The translations under genes and the position numbers were made by a program. DNA of 60,846 bases, counting the filler, from Hausera hauseri (lineage: Eukaryota), in the NCBI GenBank assembly GCA_046269625.1. It is 11 parts of 11 records of this genome, joined end to end, with 100 filler letters (N's around TTAATTAATTAA, not from the genome) between each part and the next. Parts side by side here need not be neighbours in the genome. Positions count along the whole stretch, not along the records: positions 7,630 to 14,227 come from JBJURY010082658.1; positions 14,328 to 19,242 come from JBJURY010348379.1; positions 19,343 to 23,965 come from JBJURY010499685.1; 8 more parts are not named here. One strand, written 5' to 3'. Positions 10,434-24,065 of this stretch are shown piece by piece (position 1 is the first letter of the stretch; each line of letters opens with the position of its first letter). The notes beneath the pieces are model-generated. The model did not search any database. It worked only from the letters and a program-made list of their open reading frames with translations, and was not told where the DNA came from.

Positions 10434-13400
10434 ATGGACCCAGACGACCAACGGCACGTCGACTGAAAACCCAATCATTACAACTGTTGTGTACAAATAG
10501 CGAACGCATTGTCGACGCTATTTTTACTCTCGAGACGGAGCCACTACACTCTGACATCTCAAAACAACTCGATTTTCTAATCGGCACTGGTGCAGCTTTA
10601 TCGCTGATACCTAGCGCATACGCTAGACCTACGCTGGTCTCGCACGCATCGCTTAAAGCTGCCAATGGCACGCGAATAGCAACCACAGGTACACTGTACC
10701 TACAATTTCATCTACAAGGCCGACCATACGTTTGGTCATTCATATTGGCCGATGTCATGCAACCAATCCTTGGTTCTGACTTCCTAGATCACTACGATTT
10801 GACAGTTGATTGCCGAAATCAACAACTCACCAGCGGGAGCAATTCATTACCTCCACCTGCATTCACGCTAATCATAAACTCTGTCACGGGTATAAAAATC
10901 GCAAATCCTATTGACATCGTACCATTGCTTCAAGCGCAATACCCTAACTTGTTGAAACGTTTAACACAACCAACACAGAACGAGGTGAAAACATCACTCT
11001 TTCTCGCCACATCATGTGACTGACCAATTCGGCGACCCCAGAGGGAGCTTGACCCTGTCAAGAGAACAGCCGCGGAAGCCGAATTCCGACACTTGAAGAA
11101 ACAGGCATCATACGCCGCTCCACATCACCATGGGTATCACCATTGCACATGGTTTTTAAAAATGACGGTTCATACCGGCCTTATGGTGACTATAGAATGT
11201 TAAATTACGTCACCATCCACGATTCATACCAAATACCGTTGGTAACAGACATATTGCATTGCCTACATAGTGCCACAATATTCAGCACAATTGATCTAAA
11301 AAGGGCATATCACCAGATCCCAGCGGCTACCAAAAAAACGCCATTTGGTTCATTCAAGTATCTACGCATGCCTTTCGGCTTACAGAATTCAAGTCAAACA
11401 TTCCAACATCACATAGACCAAGTCCTCATTGACATGCCTTATGTAATCCCATATATAGATGACATATTGATTGCATCATCCGATGAAGCGACTCACAAAA
11501 CACATCTCGAACAGGTGTTTCATAGGTTGAATAAAAACAACCTACAGTTGAAAATAAACAAATATTCATTCTTTAAAACTGAAGCCATATTTCTCGGACT
11601 TCGGTTAACACCACATGGTCATAGTCCACTTCCTGAGCGACTAAAAACCATCAAACAAATATCCGAAGCCATCCACAGTGACTGGACTTCGCAGCTTCCT
11701 TGGCACGATCAATTTCTGCCATCGCTACATTCCGCACTGCTCGGAAACCCTGTCATCTCTATCTGCTCTAAGCCACGGACTTAAGAAATCCCAGGGAAAT
11801 TGGACGGATGAAGCTGAACAGGCATTTGCCAATGCAAAAATGGCGCTTCTTCACATACCAACACTACATTATCCTAAACGAGATGCACCGTTGGTGTTAA
11901 CAACGGATGCATCCACCATCGCTGCAGGTGCCCTGCTTGCCTAGTCAATCGAGGACATAAATGCTCCCATTGAATTCTTTTCCCGCAAATTCAGTTCGGC
12001 TGAGCAATGCTATTCAACTTTCGACCGAGAATTACAAGCCATAGTTGTCAGTGTCAAACACTTCAGACATTTTCTAGAAGGAAACGTGTTCACAATCCGC
12101 ATGGATCACAAGCCACTCATACACATGATGAGCATGAAAAACCCATCGCCTCGTCAAGAGCGACACATCTCATTTCTGTCGGAATTCTCATTTCAGATAG
12201 AACACATAACTGGAAAAGATAACACAGTTGCTGGTTTCTTTTCCAAAACTGGAATATCGACAATATCCTTTGACCCAATTTTCATGGAAGAAGTTCTCCG
12301 ATCCAACCCTCCACATGAAGACAATATTACGTTCTTCAAAACAATCGACACAAAGGATCAAATATACTACAATACCATTTTCAACGGTTGTTCACGCCGA
12401 ATTCTGGCAGAAAACCTGCGGAAACAGGCATTTGACACCATTCACAATATCCATCACCTTGGATCAAAAGCCACAGCTCGCCTATTATGCAGTAGAGTTT
12501 GTTGGCCTCGCATGCTAAGCGACATAAAGCGGTGGACAAAAAAATGTTTACTTTGCCAACAGTATAAAGTCAACAAGACCATACAACCACCAATCCTACA
12601 CTACCCTACTGGCTCACGGTTTGAAACCATTCAAGTGGACATAGTAGGACCACTTCCCGAATGTAACGGATATCAGTACATTCTAACCATTCTCGACCGG
12701 AAAACAAGATGGCCCAAAGCCATTCCAATCCGCCAAATAACAACACAAAGCGTTGTGGCTGTATTGCTAAATACATGGATTTCTCTGTTTGGGGTACCTA
12801 AAAACATTATAACAGATCAAGGGACCCAATTCGAATCATCCGTGTTTAACGAATTAATCAAATCGCTTGGTTCAAAGCACATATACACATCACCCTATCA
12901 TCCGCAGGCGAATGGCTTGATTGAATGATTTCATCGTACACTCAAATCATCCCTGCGAATCTTATGCCACGATAACAAGAACTGGCTGGATGCATTACCC
13001 ACTGTGCTATTAGGGTAGAGAAACAGTCAACATTAGCACTGATGTTTCTCCGGCACAACTATTATTTGATGCCCACCTCACATTCCTGCAAGATCTGGTG
13101 AGCAACGAGGAAGTAACTTCTATTCCTGCTCTCAATCAAGCTCGGAAGAATTTTCTGTCACTAGACACGAACTCTGAGTTCCACAACAATCACAAAATCC
13201 AATCATGCCCAAGAACCTACAAGATGCGTCCTTTGTCTGGCTCAAAGGCCAACAAAGACACGGTTTTGAACCATACTACACGGGCCCCCAGAAGCTCATA
13301 GAAATTACTGAGCACAACGGCAAAATATTATGCGACAATGATGAACATATAGTCCACTTGTCGAACATAAAGCCGGCATTCGGCTATCATGATTCCGATA

Positions 13401-13612
13401 CGGACGATCTTATCCAACAAGACATATCCAGCATGTCAGAAGTACACAAACTTCGAGAAAACGACGAGAAAATTGATCCATTCAATATGGACACGGCCGT
13501 AGCATATGACCCAACCCTGGAAACGGAACGTACGATAATACGCAACCAAACCCCTGCTGCACCGGTATCAAGTCGCACCAGGAGTGCATCAAAGATACCT
13601 CGACTCCAGTAA
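10430..13612 (+). pseudogene. pol: Pol (PR-RT-RNase H-IN)
   Basis: LI(D>G)TGA, ILGSDFL, MPFGL, YIDD, TTDAS, DHKPL, VDIVGPLP, TDQGTQF, YHPQANG. Confidence 0.95.
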
Positions 13613-14327
13613 AACCCTCCGGGCTTGAAAGAAAGAGTACCCGATTTCATGCAGTGTGAATGACGCATGAAAGTAGGTGGGGATCAAACTAACAGTGCCA
13701 AATCGACACTCGCTCATGCCACCTTTAATAAGTGACACACGCCACATGCAACCAGGCGACTCACGGTTAGCAAGTCATTCCACAACCATTGTCACCCCGC
13801 CCCCACCCATAACTCTCCATTTAACATGAAATAGACACATAATGAGTGAGTGTGTAAATATTTCAGTGAAAGCAAAATTGAGTACGTGAATCTGTATAAT
13901 TCTTTAAGACTTAAACAAAGAAAATCAATGCGGTACTTATTCATTATTCCCCGTTCAAACATACATTAATCGGCTATGTAAGAATTTGAACTTTCCAAAC
14001 CTTTCGTCACATACAAAAGGATACCAAAAAAGGAAAACTAATCATTTATCCAACCTTTGTTTTGCTTTTACAAAATAAATTCCAATTTAGTGTCGCGCCC
14101 AAATATTGCCCTATTGGCCCTTTATGTTGTAAGTATTGCATTATGTCAATCACTTATTGCATGCGTGGTTCCCTGCAATGAAATACGGTATCTAGATTAT
14201 TGGGACACATACAGAGGCTTGGCATTANNNNNNNNNNNNNNNNNNNNNNNNNNNNNNNNNNNNNNNNNNNNTTAATTAATTAANNNNNNNNNNNNNNNNN
14301 NNNNNNNNNNNNNNNNNNNNNNNNNNN

Positions 14328-15385
14328 ATCGATGACGACGAAAATGTAGCATCAAATGTGTCTTGGCTCCAAACAGTAATTTAATGGGTTTCCAAAATTC
14401 GCCTACTATATACACGGAAATACTGTGCACAACATTGTGAGACAACGATAAATACATGGGACGGATGATATTTACGTGAGCAGTTTCGCGCGGTGTTTTG
14501 TGCGTGTCCGAATCAAGTCCAGTAGTAGCCAGTAGTTGTTTGCGGCCTGTAACAACATATGCGGGTTTGGTCAGACCCGTTAGTATATTGATTCGATGAC
14601 ATTCTTCGTAGAGACGTGGTTTCTGTTTAGAAACAATGGGCCTCCACCACCGGTTTGACCGAATTCTCGTTTTTTAAAACCCAGATTCCGTGACAATATT
14701 TTATCAAAAGCAAAATATGTAACACTATGATGTAGTGTAAGCGAAATAGAACCATTACGGTTTAATTTAAATGTCTTTAGAAAGCAAATTTAGCTACAAC
14801 CTTATGGTTGCGCACAATTCTGTTTCCGTTTCCGTAAGAAAACCAGTTCTTGTTGTATGAGAGTAAAAGAATGATTCAATCTTTTGCGAGTTCACTGTAA
14901 TATCGGTGGTTTTCAAGGTGTTTAATTTTTCACTAATTATACTATGTACGCAGAGCTGTAAACCTTTCAAGCGCATATTGACAGATTGAAAACCAATGTC
15001 TGAGCGTCCGTTAGTGATATAAATTGCAATTCAATCGGAAGTTTGAGTTTTAGCATCAATCGATTGTTTAAATGAAAAATATAAACCGGGAAATACTGTC
15101 GCATGTAATTGCGAACGTGAAATGATCCATTAGAGTCTCGGACTAACTGTAAACGGCTAGATGCAGGAGATTATCTTAGTAGGGTATAGTATATCCCATT
15201 GTTCTCACGCATTGTTATTTGTGAAAATGTAAATGTGAATTCCATCAAAGCCACTTCCCAGGCTCCCTGGAGTAAGTCGAGCGGCTGGTCCAGCGCCATG
15301 GTAAACCGTTCAGTGGTATTGTTGTTGTTGGTGTTGTCATGTTCTGATTATCTGTCACTGTCAAGTACCAAGTAAGTGCTCATCA
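14328..15385 (-). pseudogene. Penton-like protein 1
   Basis: Homologous to 52750-53820 (ALDQPLDLLQGAWEVAL; THLMLHFRRHR). Confidence 0.75.
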
Positions 15386-16344
15386 CTCAATCTGAGATGC
15401 AAATATCCAACTCGGTGTAGTGTATCCGTACCACTTAACGCGATATTGCTTATTCGAACCTCTGCCACGTGAACGTAAACTTTCCTGAATACGATACATA
15501 TCAGGTTTTTTCGGCAGTACTTGCAGTTCCTGTTTGTAGAATTTACCGCGTATTTCCTCACCGTTCTCATCCACTATAACGTACATGACAGGTGTCGTGC
15601 TTATTATCGAAATACGTACATAAGCACCGATTTTATATTTTGGGCATTTAACTGCCTGTCCTTGTGTTTGGTTTTGATAAAGCCGCATGTCCAAATCATC
15701 GATTACGTCAAAGGGCGCATTCCGTTGATTCTAGGTTGTGTCGAATGATTGTATGCATGAATAATATCCAGCAGTATATCTACCCAGCGTTTGTTTCCTT
15801 GCTTCGTAAAGAATTTATTTAGGCGACCTCGCAATGTTCGATTAAATAGTTCAACGAGTGCAGCCTTGTATTGGGAAAACACCGAGTAGTGGTTTACGCC
15901 GAACAGTTTCAAGACCCCTGCAACGTGGGCTCTGTAGAATTCCTTACCCAAATCCGTTTGTATATGCTTCAGGTTTTGTTTTTGTTGTTGTTGTATCAGT
16001 GTCTAAACAATATCGGCAATCTCTTTACCGGATTTAGATTTCACAGCAATTGCACGTGCAAAACGACTAAATACACCAATACATGTCCGCACCTACGGAT
16101 ATCCATCGTTGATACTGGCCTACGGAGTCACTTCCTGGAGATCCATTTGCCAGACATTATTTACACCGGCAACACGGTGTACAGGAGTTGGAAACCGCCT
16201 TCTTATCGGTTTGTTTAGGCTGTATGCTAACTGTTCCCCGAGCCAACGTTGAGTCTGTTACTGAATTTGTTTGACAGTCTTTGCTAGTTGGTCTACGCCA
16301 GTATATCCGACGGAATAACACGGGTCGAACCACGCGTCATCCAT
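15383..16344 (-). pseudogene. Maverick integrase with chromodomain
   Basis: GKEFY, VELFNRTLR, KFYKQELQ, QYRVKWYGY. Confidence 0.9.
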
Positions 16345-16487
16345 CGTTGTAGTCGATGGTGCCGATTTTGCTTTTATTACAATAATTTAGCCGAAACATA
16401 AATGAAAGATTCGGTAAACTGGGACAGAAAGATGAAAACCATGCACCCAAGTCGCAAATCACCATATACTTACCGTCATTGTTTATA

Positions 16488-17009
16488 CTAAACTGTTCCA
16501 CTAATAAGTCCACCCAGTAATGACATGACAAGCGGTGTTATTCACCAAGGAATCCTCTATCTTGCTGGTACATGACCTCTCGTTTCAGTCGTTTACTAAG
16601 AGCGTTGGCAATGCCAATGAGTTGTATTCGATACCTTAGTAAATTTCGCTTTCCATTACCAATGTCAAAGTGACCCACAACGATATTTTATCAACAACGA
16701 AATTTCCATCAAATCGTCTACTACAAACTGTGGGAATGATCGTAGCATGTTTCGCTTATGTCTCGTAGGTGCCTTAAGCAAATCAATAAAGTACAGCCGA
16801 CTACGTTTGAATCGCATTTGTTGGACATATTGATGCTGAGACCTAGTTGTTTATAACCGTTGCCACTGTGACGGTAATTTGCGTCTAGTTGTTCGAAGCA
16901 CAGAATTAATTAATCGCTTGACTGTAGCGGTTCGTTTTGATACACGTTTCATGCCGGACACCGGCTTGGTAGGTTTACGTTTAACAATTGCTTTTTGGAA
17001 ATTCTTCAT
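16488..17009 (-). pseudogene. Basic protein and QxGG protein homologues
   Basis: Nucleotide homology to 519-1094. Confidence 0.7.
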
Positions 17010-17029
17010 TTTATCACAATCGTGTCGTC

Positions 17030-17565
17030 AATTTTCGAATTTGTTAATAGACACATACACCTTTTTGATTGAAAATGTCTGTTCGTACGCGCATGTCATC
17101 GGGACACTGTTGTGTAAAGTCAATGTACAAGTATCCGTGTGGCTTGGGCATAGCATTATGATATGCATCTATAAAGTAGGCTCGGTTGTGAGGAAATGTT
17201 TGTCATGCAACATAATAAATGATAGTCTGATCACGGGGATTTCTGAACAATACCAAATAGTGTACGTTTAGATTTCTTGTTCCATGCTGTCTGCCGTGAT
17301 GGAACATGTTTTGCGTAATGAAAATAACAGTCACACCACGGTGTGGTGCAATTTTCGTAAACAGGTTGTTGAAGTCTGATTGTTTCGCGGCTTCCTGAAA
17401 TAAATCATCTATGACAATAGCGTCACCGGTGCGTAATCTCTCAGACCATTACTAATCAAACCTATCAATTACCGATATCAATTTTAATTTACAAAATTCC
17501 AGATGTGTCAAACTGGACTCACCAACACCCTGATGCCAGTACATGTGATTGTACCGCGGTGAAAG
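17030..17565 (-). pseudogene. Packaging ATPase lacking the Walker A region
   Basis: Homologous to 50460-50990. Confidence 0.85.
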
Positions 17566-17844
17566 GAAAAGCTAGGACTGACGGTTGTGGGCGGTGGCGG
17601 GGTCATTGCTTCAGACTTTCGTGGTGAAATTAAGGTGCAGCTGGGAAACCAATCAGGGTTGTTGTATGATCTTGCGAAAAACAGTGCAATCGCATAAATC
17701 GTTTTTCTTCGATGTAAAGAGGCGGAATTCAATGTAATATCACCGGAACAATGGAGATTGTTTTGCGTCAATGAAGCAACAACAACATGAAATGAACGCA
17801 AAGAATTTGGCTTTGGTAATATGGACAAAACCACCTGTGTTTAG
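17566..17844 (+). pseudogene. dut: dUTPase, C-terminal half
   Basis: GVIASDFRGEIKV (motif III), IA*IVF (motif IV), RKEFGFG (motif V). Confidence 0.85.
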
Positions 17845-17922
17845 TGATTTGTGATGATAATAATAACAGGTAGTTGTTTTTCTTTGTGTTATAAACAGAA
17901 ATGATTCTGTACATGATAAGTA

Positions 17923-18373
17923 ATGGTGACAGCATTTATAGATATTGAAAATTTCCAAGATGCTAATTCCAGGTACATAATAAGGAATTATGCGCTATAA
18001 ACGTCGGTAACATTTTCGAACCTCTTGTGTACATATTCAAGCACGGTATTTTGTGGAAAGACTTGACAGAAAAAGCGAAAATTACAAATGGATTTCTCTT
18101 TCGATATCGTCATGGACTTCACTGGTATCAAGGCAATTCAATTTTCTGTGTGTCGTGTATTATGGGAGACAACTGTGATAAAATTGACGGACAATGGTTT
18201 ACACAACTACATTACCACTTTCCCGAGTTGCGAATGATAATGTATTGAACAACATCAAACAACTCGCTGGCGATGGTATCTGACAATATCCGATGTCCAT
18301 ATCGTGATCATGGACCGCATTATGCTTACAAAAATGCCTACGGTTTTGTATTGACTATATTTCATGCAAATAA
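17923..18373 (+). pseudogene. DEDD/DnaQ-like nuclease
   Basis: FIDIENFQD...IFK...RHGLHW..G...CPYRDHGPH; homologous to 60203-60647. Confidence 0.6.
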
Positions 18374-18381
18374 TATAGTAA

Positions 18382-18413
<32 letters not shown>

Positions 18414-18500
18414 CGTAAATAGGGTCCGCCGTATTGGTCAGCTAAATTGTTCAAAAACTATAAATACGGATAAGTTATAGTAATAATAATAATCATCATT

Positions 18501-18978
18501 ATGGAAATAGTTAATCAATTGAAGCCATTTCAAAATTTTGATGGATTATGAATTCAGACTTGGTACGATGGTGGCAAGTACTTGATAGTGATTTGTTTGC
18601 GAGAGCAGCAGGTGATTTTGGATTTAATGAAGATTTAGCGTCAATAGCATTGATGACAGCAACAGATTGTAGCTTTATAGAAAATCTAATTATTGTGTTA
18701 AATCATATGTACATTCACCGATTGTATTATACAAATTATTTCAATACTGTTGAAAAGGTACGCGGTGAAATAAAGAACCTGAAAACGAAAATAATGGACA
18801 AAGTACGAGAGGGCCAGTTTATGTGTCCTATGTAAACAGAGAAAAGAGGATTTCCGTATTCTTAATGTGCGGCCATATCATTGTTTGTCAAATGTGTTTC
18901 ACCACCACCAAAGTAACCCACCAATGTTCAGAATGTAAATGTGTTATAATGGAAATTGTACACATTTATTATGAATAA
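18501..18978 (+). pseudogene. IAP-type RING-finger protein
   Basis: CVLC...MCGHIIVCQMC...QCSEC; homologous to 59616-60088. Confidence 0.75.
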
Positions 18979-19844
18979 ATGAATATATTGACTTTTGTAA
19001 TGTGTAACTCAAGAGCTTCATGGAGTTCATTAGGGCAATTTGTTACACTGACTCTGTGTAAATACTCAATGTTGACACATTTAGAATATAAACAAAACAG
19101 CGAGTTGGATAGGCATTTATATATAGCGATATAATTTCATTTCAATTTGTCTCTATTTCACTCCGTCTCTCTCTTTATCTCTACGACTATGAATTCCGAT
19201 GAAGCCACAAACAATTTGAGTTTTGTGAGTTAGCCCAGATACNNNNNNNNNNNNNNNNNNNNNNNNNNNNNNNNNNNNNNNNNNNNTTAATTAATTAANN
19301 NNNNNNNNNNNNNNNNNNNNNNNNNNNNNNNNNNNNNNNNNNTTGCAAGAAATTTGTCAGTTTTGTTTCTATCACCCTTAATGCATAATAAACAATTATT
19401 AATAATGTATAAAGTGTTTATAGATTAATTAATAATGTATCTATAAACTAGTTATTAGCCATCTATAAGGGGAGAGTAAAGTGGTACCATAAATATGTAT
19501 TTCTTGACCTGTGTTGCTGGAATTACTCTGAACTGCAAAAATGTTGCAAACATGTTCAGTTTTACTTGAAACAGTGTTATTTGTAGATTCCCCCCTAAAG
19601 AATTTTACGCATCTATTACCGGTTCAGTCGTATTGTATTTTATACTGAATACTTCTTAGTAATAAGTCTTCGGATATTGTAATTGTATGACGTATTTTCG
19701 TCTGAGATACTTCGTGTTCGGTCAATTGTGCGACCATGCAGGGCAGTAGAGCATACATTAATAACAAAACATTTTTTTAACTTTGGTATCTTACATGGTT
19801 TGTTCATTATTGTTCTAGTATTGTCTGTTTGGCTTTCTCTTAGC

Positions 19845-22800
19845 TTACTCTTTCTCAGCGGGCTTACATCTATTAATATGAACTTTCAGAGTATTGTTAT
19901 TTTTCTTTAGGGCGACATTAGGTAGATCTACCTTTTCCACTACATAGGGACCCTTATAAGGTCTGTCTAGTTTAGATATTTTTCCTTTCTTATTTAGTGG
20001 AGTATACAGCATCATGGAATCTCCTACTTTTATTTCGGGTTGTTTGGTTTTCTTATCATAATATTTCTTATACGTTACTTTATAGTCTTTCTGATTCTCT
20101 TTTACTATGTCATATGCTAATTGTAAGCGTTCCTTCATTAATTGTTTATACTCCTCGACTTCCATTAAATGAGAGATAGGTTTGTTTTTGAAATCCCAAT
20201 CAATTGGTAATCGAGCATCTCGTAGATGCATGAGGTAAAACGGGGTTGCGTTGCTTCGTGTGCTGAGATCCGATTTACAAAAACACATGCGTTAACGTAT
20301 TTGTCCCAGTCATCCTGCCTTGTACCAACTACAGTTTGTAATTTGCTTTTCAAATCGCCTATGTACCGTTCCACCATTCCACTATTTTCTGGGTGTCCTG
20401 GTGTTGACCGTAATTTGGATGCCTGATCCGTGAGTAGGATCCTTGGAGCTCGATAATTAAATACAATATTTTCCACAAACTTTTCCGCAATAGTATCCAT
20501 CTTCATATCGGACATTGGCAGGGCCACGACCCACCTGGTAAAATAATCTATAAATACTAAGATATATCTATTGCCATTTCTTGTTAATGGTAGTGGTCCC
20601 GTTATGTCCCTAGCCGTAAATTCAAATGGTGCCGGTGGATTTTCCCATACTTTCAGGGGTGCTTTAAACCTTGTTCCAGTGTTTTTCCTAGTGACGCATA
20701 ACTTAGAACTTTCACACCAATCTTGAACATCTTTAATTATGGAGGGCCAAAAGTATTTTCTCTTCAATTTATTAATAGTTTTCCTTGCCGACTGGTGACC
20801 GCCTAACCGTCCATCATGATACTGCGTTAATAATACCATTAATAATACTGTTCTATTTCTCTGCGGAATTACTAGGGCAGGTCCATTCTGATGAATATAA
20901 TATAGGAACCAATCCTTTTCTTCGTAGGCTTCGCCAAATCTGGCCATGTGTCGAGCCAATTCCCTATCCTTTGGTACTATTTTATTTTGCATGGAATTCG
21001 TAATCTCTTTTATCTCCTCATCCGCCCGCTGATACTTGTTTATTTTCTCTATCGATCCGTCCATACTCCATATAGCGGCTACTACTTCCCTTTTCTGGGA
21101 TTCCTGAGGCATTCTAGATAGATAATCTGCATTAGCATTTCGTGAAGCTGGTTTGTATTTAAATTCTAATGTATATGGTTGTAACTTTAGTGCCCACCGT
21201 AGCAATCTACTGTTGGGGTTCTCGTTGTTTTTTAACCATTGTAATGGTTGGTTATCGGTATATATTACTAGGGGTTTATTCTCGCTAATGTAGAGTGAGA
21301 ATACTTTTAAAGCAAAAACTACTGCTAATATTTCCTTTTCTATTACCGAGTATTTTATTTGGTGTTTGTTTAATTTCCTTGATGCGTATGCCACGGGATG
21401 TTTCTTGCCGTCCTTGTATTTCTGTGATAATACTGCTCCAACTCCGTAATTGCTCGCATCCGTTGCCAATATAAAAGGTTTAGTCATGTCTGGATACATG
21501 AGGATAGGGGCATTTAATAGTCTTTCTTTTAAATTATTGAAAGCATTTTGACAATCATTATTCCATATTACTTTCTCCAGATCTTCCCGTAACAATTCGT
21601 AAGGCGGCCGAGCTATCTTACTGAAATTCTTTATAAACCTACGATAATAATTTACCAATCCCAGAAATTGACGTAGTTCTTTTACCGTTGTTGGCTTTGG
21701 AAAGTCTTATTTTTCCTCTTAGTCTATCCTGGGGCTTTACGCCATTTCTAACAACTTGATGTCTGAGGAAATCCACTTCCGTTTTGGCGAACATACATTT
21801 CTTTGGGTTTATTCTTAAGCCCATGATCTCTCATCGATCGAAGAGATCCTGTAAATCTTTCAGATGTTGCTGAAAGTCCGATGATGCTATTATTACATCT
21901 TCGATAGATACCATGGCATGTGGCGCGTCTAAAAGTAACAATTCCGTTCCTCGTTGAAATGTTGGCGGTCCGTTTTTTAATGCGAATGGAATTCTGTTGA
22001 ATTCCCATAGTTCTTCTATCGAAAATGCTGTTTTAGATTTATCCTCTTCTTTCACCTCTACTTGCCAATATCCCTTTTGTAGATCGCTAGTGTTAAATAT
22101 TGTTGCACCATGTAGCTTATCCAATATCTCATGGATCCTTGGCAATAGATAGATATCGGTTTCTGTAACCTCATTGAGTGCCCTATAGTCTATACAAAAT
22201 CTCATTGTACCATCTTTCTTCTTGACCATCACTACTGGAGCAGTCCATGGCGAGCAACTTGGTCGTATTATTTTATTCTTTCTCATTTCCTTTATAATTT
22301 TTCGGGTTTCTTATCGTATGCTAATTTGTAAGGCCGTTTTTTAATCGGCTTATCTTGTCCCTCCTTTAACTTAATAACATGTTGGATAATGTTCATTGTC
22401 CCCAAATCATAATCATTTTGGGCGAACCGACCATTATTATTTTCTAATAATTGACACAACATTTCTTTTTCTTCTTCTGTTAGTATCGTAGAATTTTGTA
22501 ATTTTTTTCCAATTAATCATAGTCGTTTTCTTTCCCTTATCCCTGTTAGTGTCCAATTTTAATTTTTTGACATCATCTTTTCAATCTTATCTACATCTGA
22601 GATAATTGACTTGGTTTCTTCCTTTGGTATCTCTTCAATTGGCGTTATCAACCCAAGTCTAGTATTCAGTTTTAGTCGTTTCTCTTTCGTCCTTGTGTTA
22701 CAGATTCTTAAGTGAATTCTTCCACTTCTTATTTGGTCCACATGTGGTGCCACCAAGATGTCGTATTTCTCCATGATAAATAGGTATGGCTCAAAATAAA

Positions 22801-23260
22801 CTGCTCTTGCTGGGATTTTCCTTTCTATTCTACCAGGCACTATTATTTCTGAGCGTGGTGGGATGATAACATATTTTATCAGTGAGACGGCCTCTTTGTA
22901 TTTCTTCTCATTAAAATATCTAAGTTGGCCTGTCTTAACGTCAACGTATACATCGTTTAATTGATGCAATACGTCGCATTCTAATAATATTTTGTTGGTT
23001 AGGTTCTCTGCTACTCTTATAATATGTTTTATCACTTGACTATTAATTTTAATCTCGGCATCTAAGACCATCTTTATTTCTTCCTCTGTGCCTAATGCTC
23101 CTACGTTTATTAATGTAGTTGTTGGTTCCCTTAATTTCTTCCTTAACTCTTTCAGCAATTGGCTTTTCCCATAATCGTTGTCGTAGTTCCTGTATCTAGA
23201 AAAGCCGTCAAGTAAATATCCATTTACCTCTATTTCTACTTCCGGTCTTATAGGTGGCTG
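19845..23260 (-). pseudogene. pol: Pol (PR, degenerate dUTPase-like spacer, RT, RNase H, IN)
   Basis: FLDTGTT at 23188-23196, RFCIDYRALN, ATDASNYG, YTDNQPL, HDGRLGGH, DITGPLP, GPY motif. Confidence 0.95.
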
Positions 23261-23556
23261 TCGTTAGTTCTTATCGTGTGTTTTGTACGTAGGTTCGTGT
23301 TTGTAAAGTGTTGGGTTTTCATCAAAACTTTGTTTCATCTATTGTACTTGATGAATGGGACACAGTCCCGTATGTACCACGTATCGTGGAGCTGAAGGGT
23401 TCACCAACGGTTGCTCGTTATATAGATTTCCGTGGTATTCATCTACTGTATTTAGTTGGGGTAAGTCGGCTACCAACCTTTGTTTATACTTCTGTTTTCG
23501 TGACTTCAGTGCTAGCTGCTTGATTCTAGTTATTCGGCTATTTTTTAATTTCGTGC

Positions 23557-23965
23557 TTACATTATTGTATTTGATATCTTTATCATCATGCGTATTATAC
23601 GGAAAATCGCTTCCGTCTTTCTTCTGTAGTACCTTCTTTTTCCACAAAGCGTCGTGATTTGCCAAAAACATCTTGCTACTGCAAGTATTACTGCTATCAG
23701 AATTTTCCATGAGCAACCTACTGCCGCATGTATTCCATATACCTTACCAAGCGCAGTGAATACTGTTCGTAAGGCACTAATAATAAAATATATCGCTAGA
23801 AAACCGGAAGCTGCTTGATCGAAGTATAAGAACTTCCCCCACATCTTCTCCATAATGTTTCTTGTTACTTTCTTTAAATAATCTTTGCCCATTAAATTTT
23901 CCCATTGTAATGATTCTTCACCATCCTACATTACTGTTCTGGTTATTTCCATTATTACTCGTTGT
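23557..23965 (-). pseudogene. env: C-terminal membrane-anchor part of a chuvirus-like (class III) glycoprotein
   Basis: MWGKFLYFDQAASGFLAIYFIISALRTVFTALGKVYGIHAAVGCSWKILIAV: two hydrophobic segments with GxSW. Confidence 0.7.
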
Positions 23966-24065
23966 NNNNNNNNNNNNNNNNNNNNNNNNNNNNNNNNNNN
24001 NNNNNNNNNTTAATTAATTAANNNNNNNNNNNNNNNNNNNNNNNNNNNNNNNNNNNNNNNNNNNN

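Larger units (their letters stand above)
8960..13612 (+). mobile_element. Ty3/gypsy LTR retrotransposon internal region (CsRN1-like gag), degraded
   Basis: gag-PR-RT-RH-IN order; LTRs not identified. Confidence 0.93.
14328..18978 (-). mobile_element. Maverick copy B, inverted and internally deleted
   Basis: Reverse-complement homology to copies at 1-3290, 48577-53820 and 59616-60846. Confidence 0.92.
19845..23965 (-). mobile_element. Ty3/gypsy element: glycoprotein C-terminus followed by PR-RT-RH-IN
   Basis: See the component features. Confidence 0.93.

Noticed and set aside
7631-13690. TGGGGATCA at 7631 and ~13678 as paired LTR starts
   Set aside because: Similarity does not extend beyond 9 nt.
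22600-22900. Functional dUTPase between protease and RT
   Set aside because: Only a degenerate IPPRSEIIV-type beta region common in gypsy Pol; catalytic motifs are absent.
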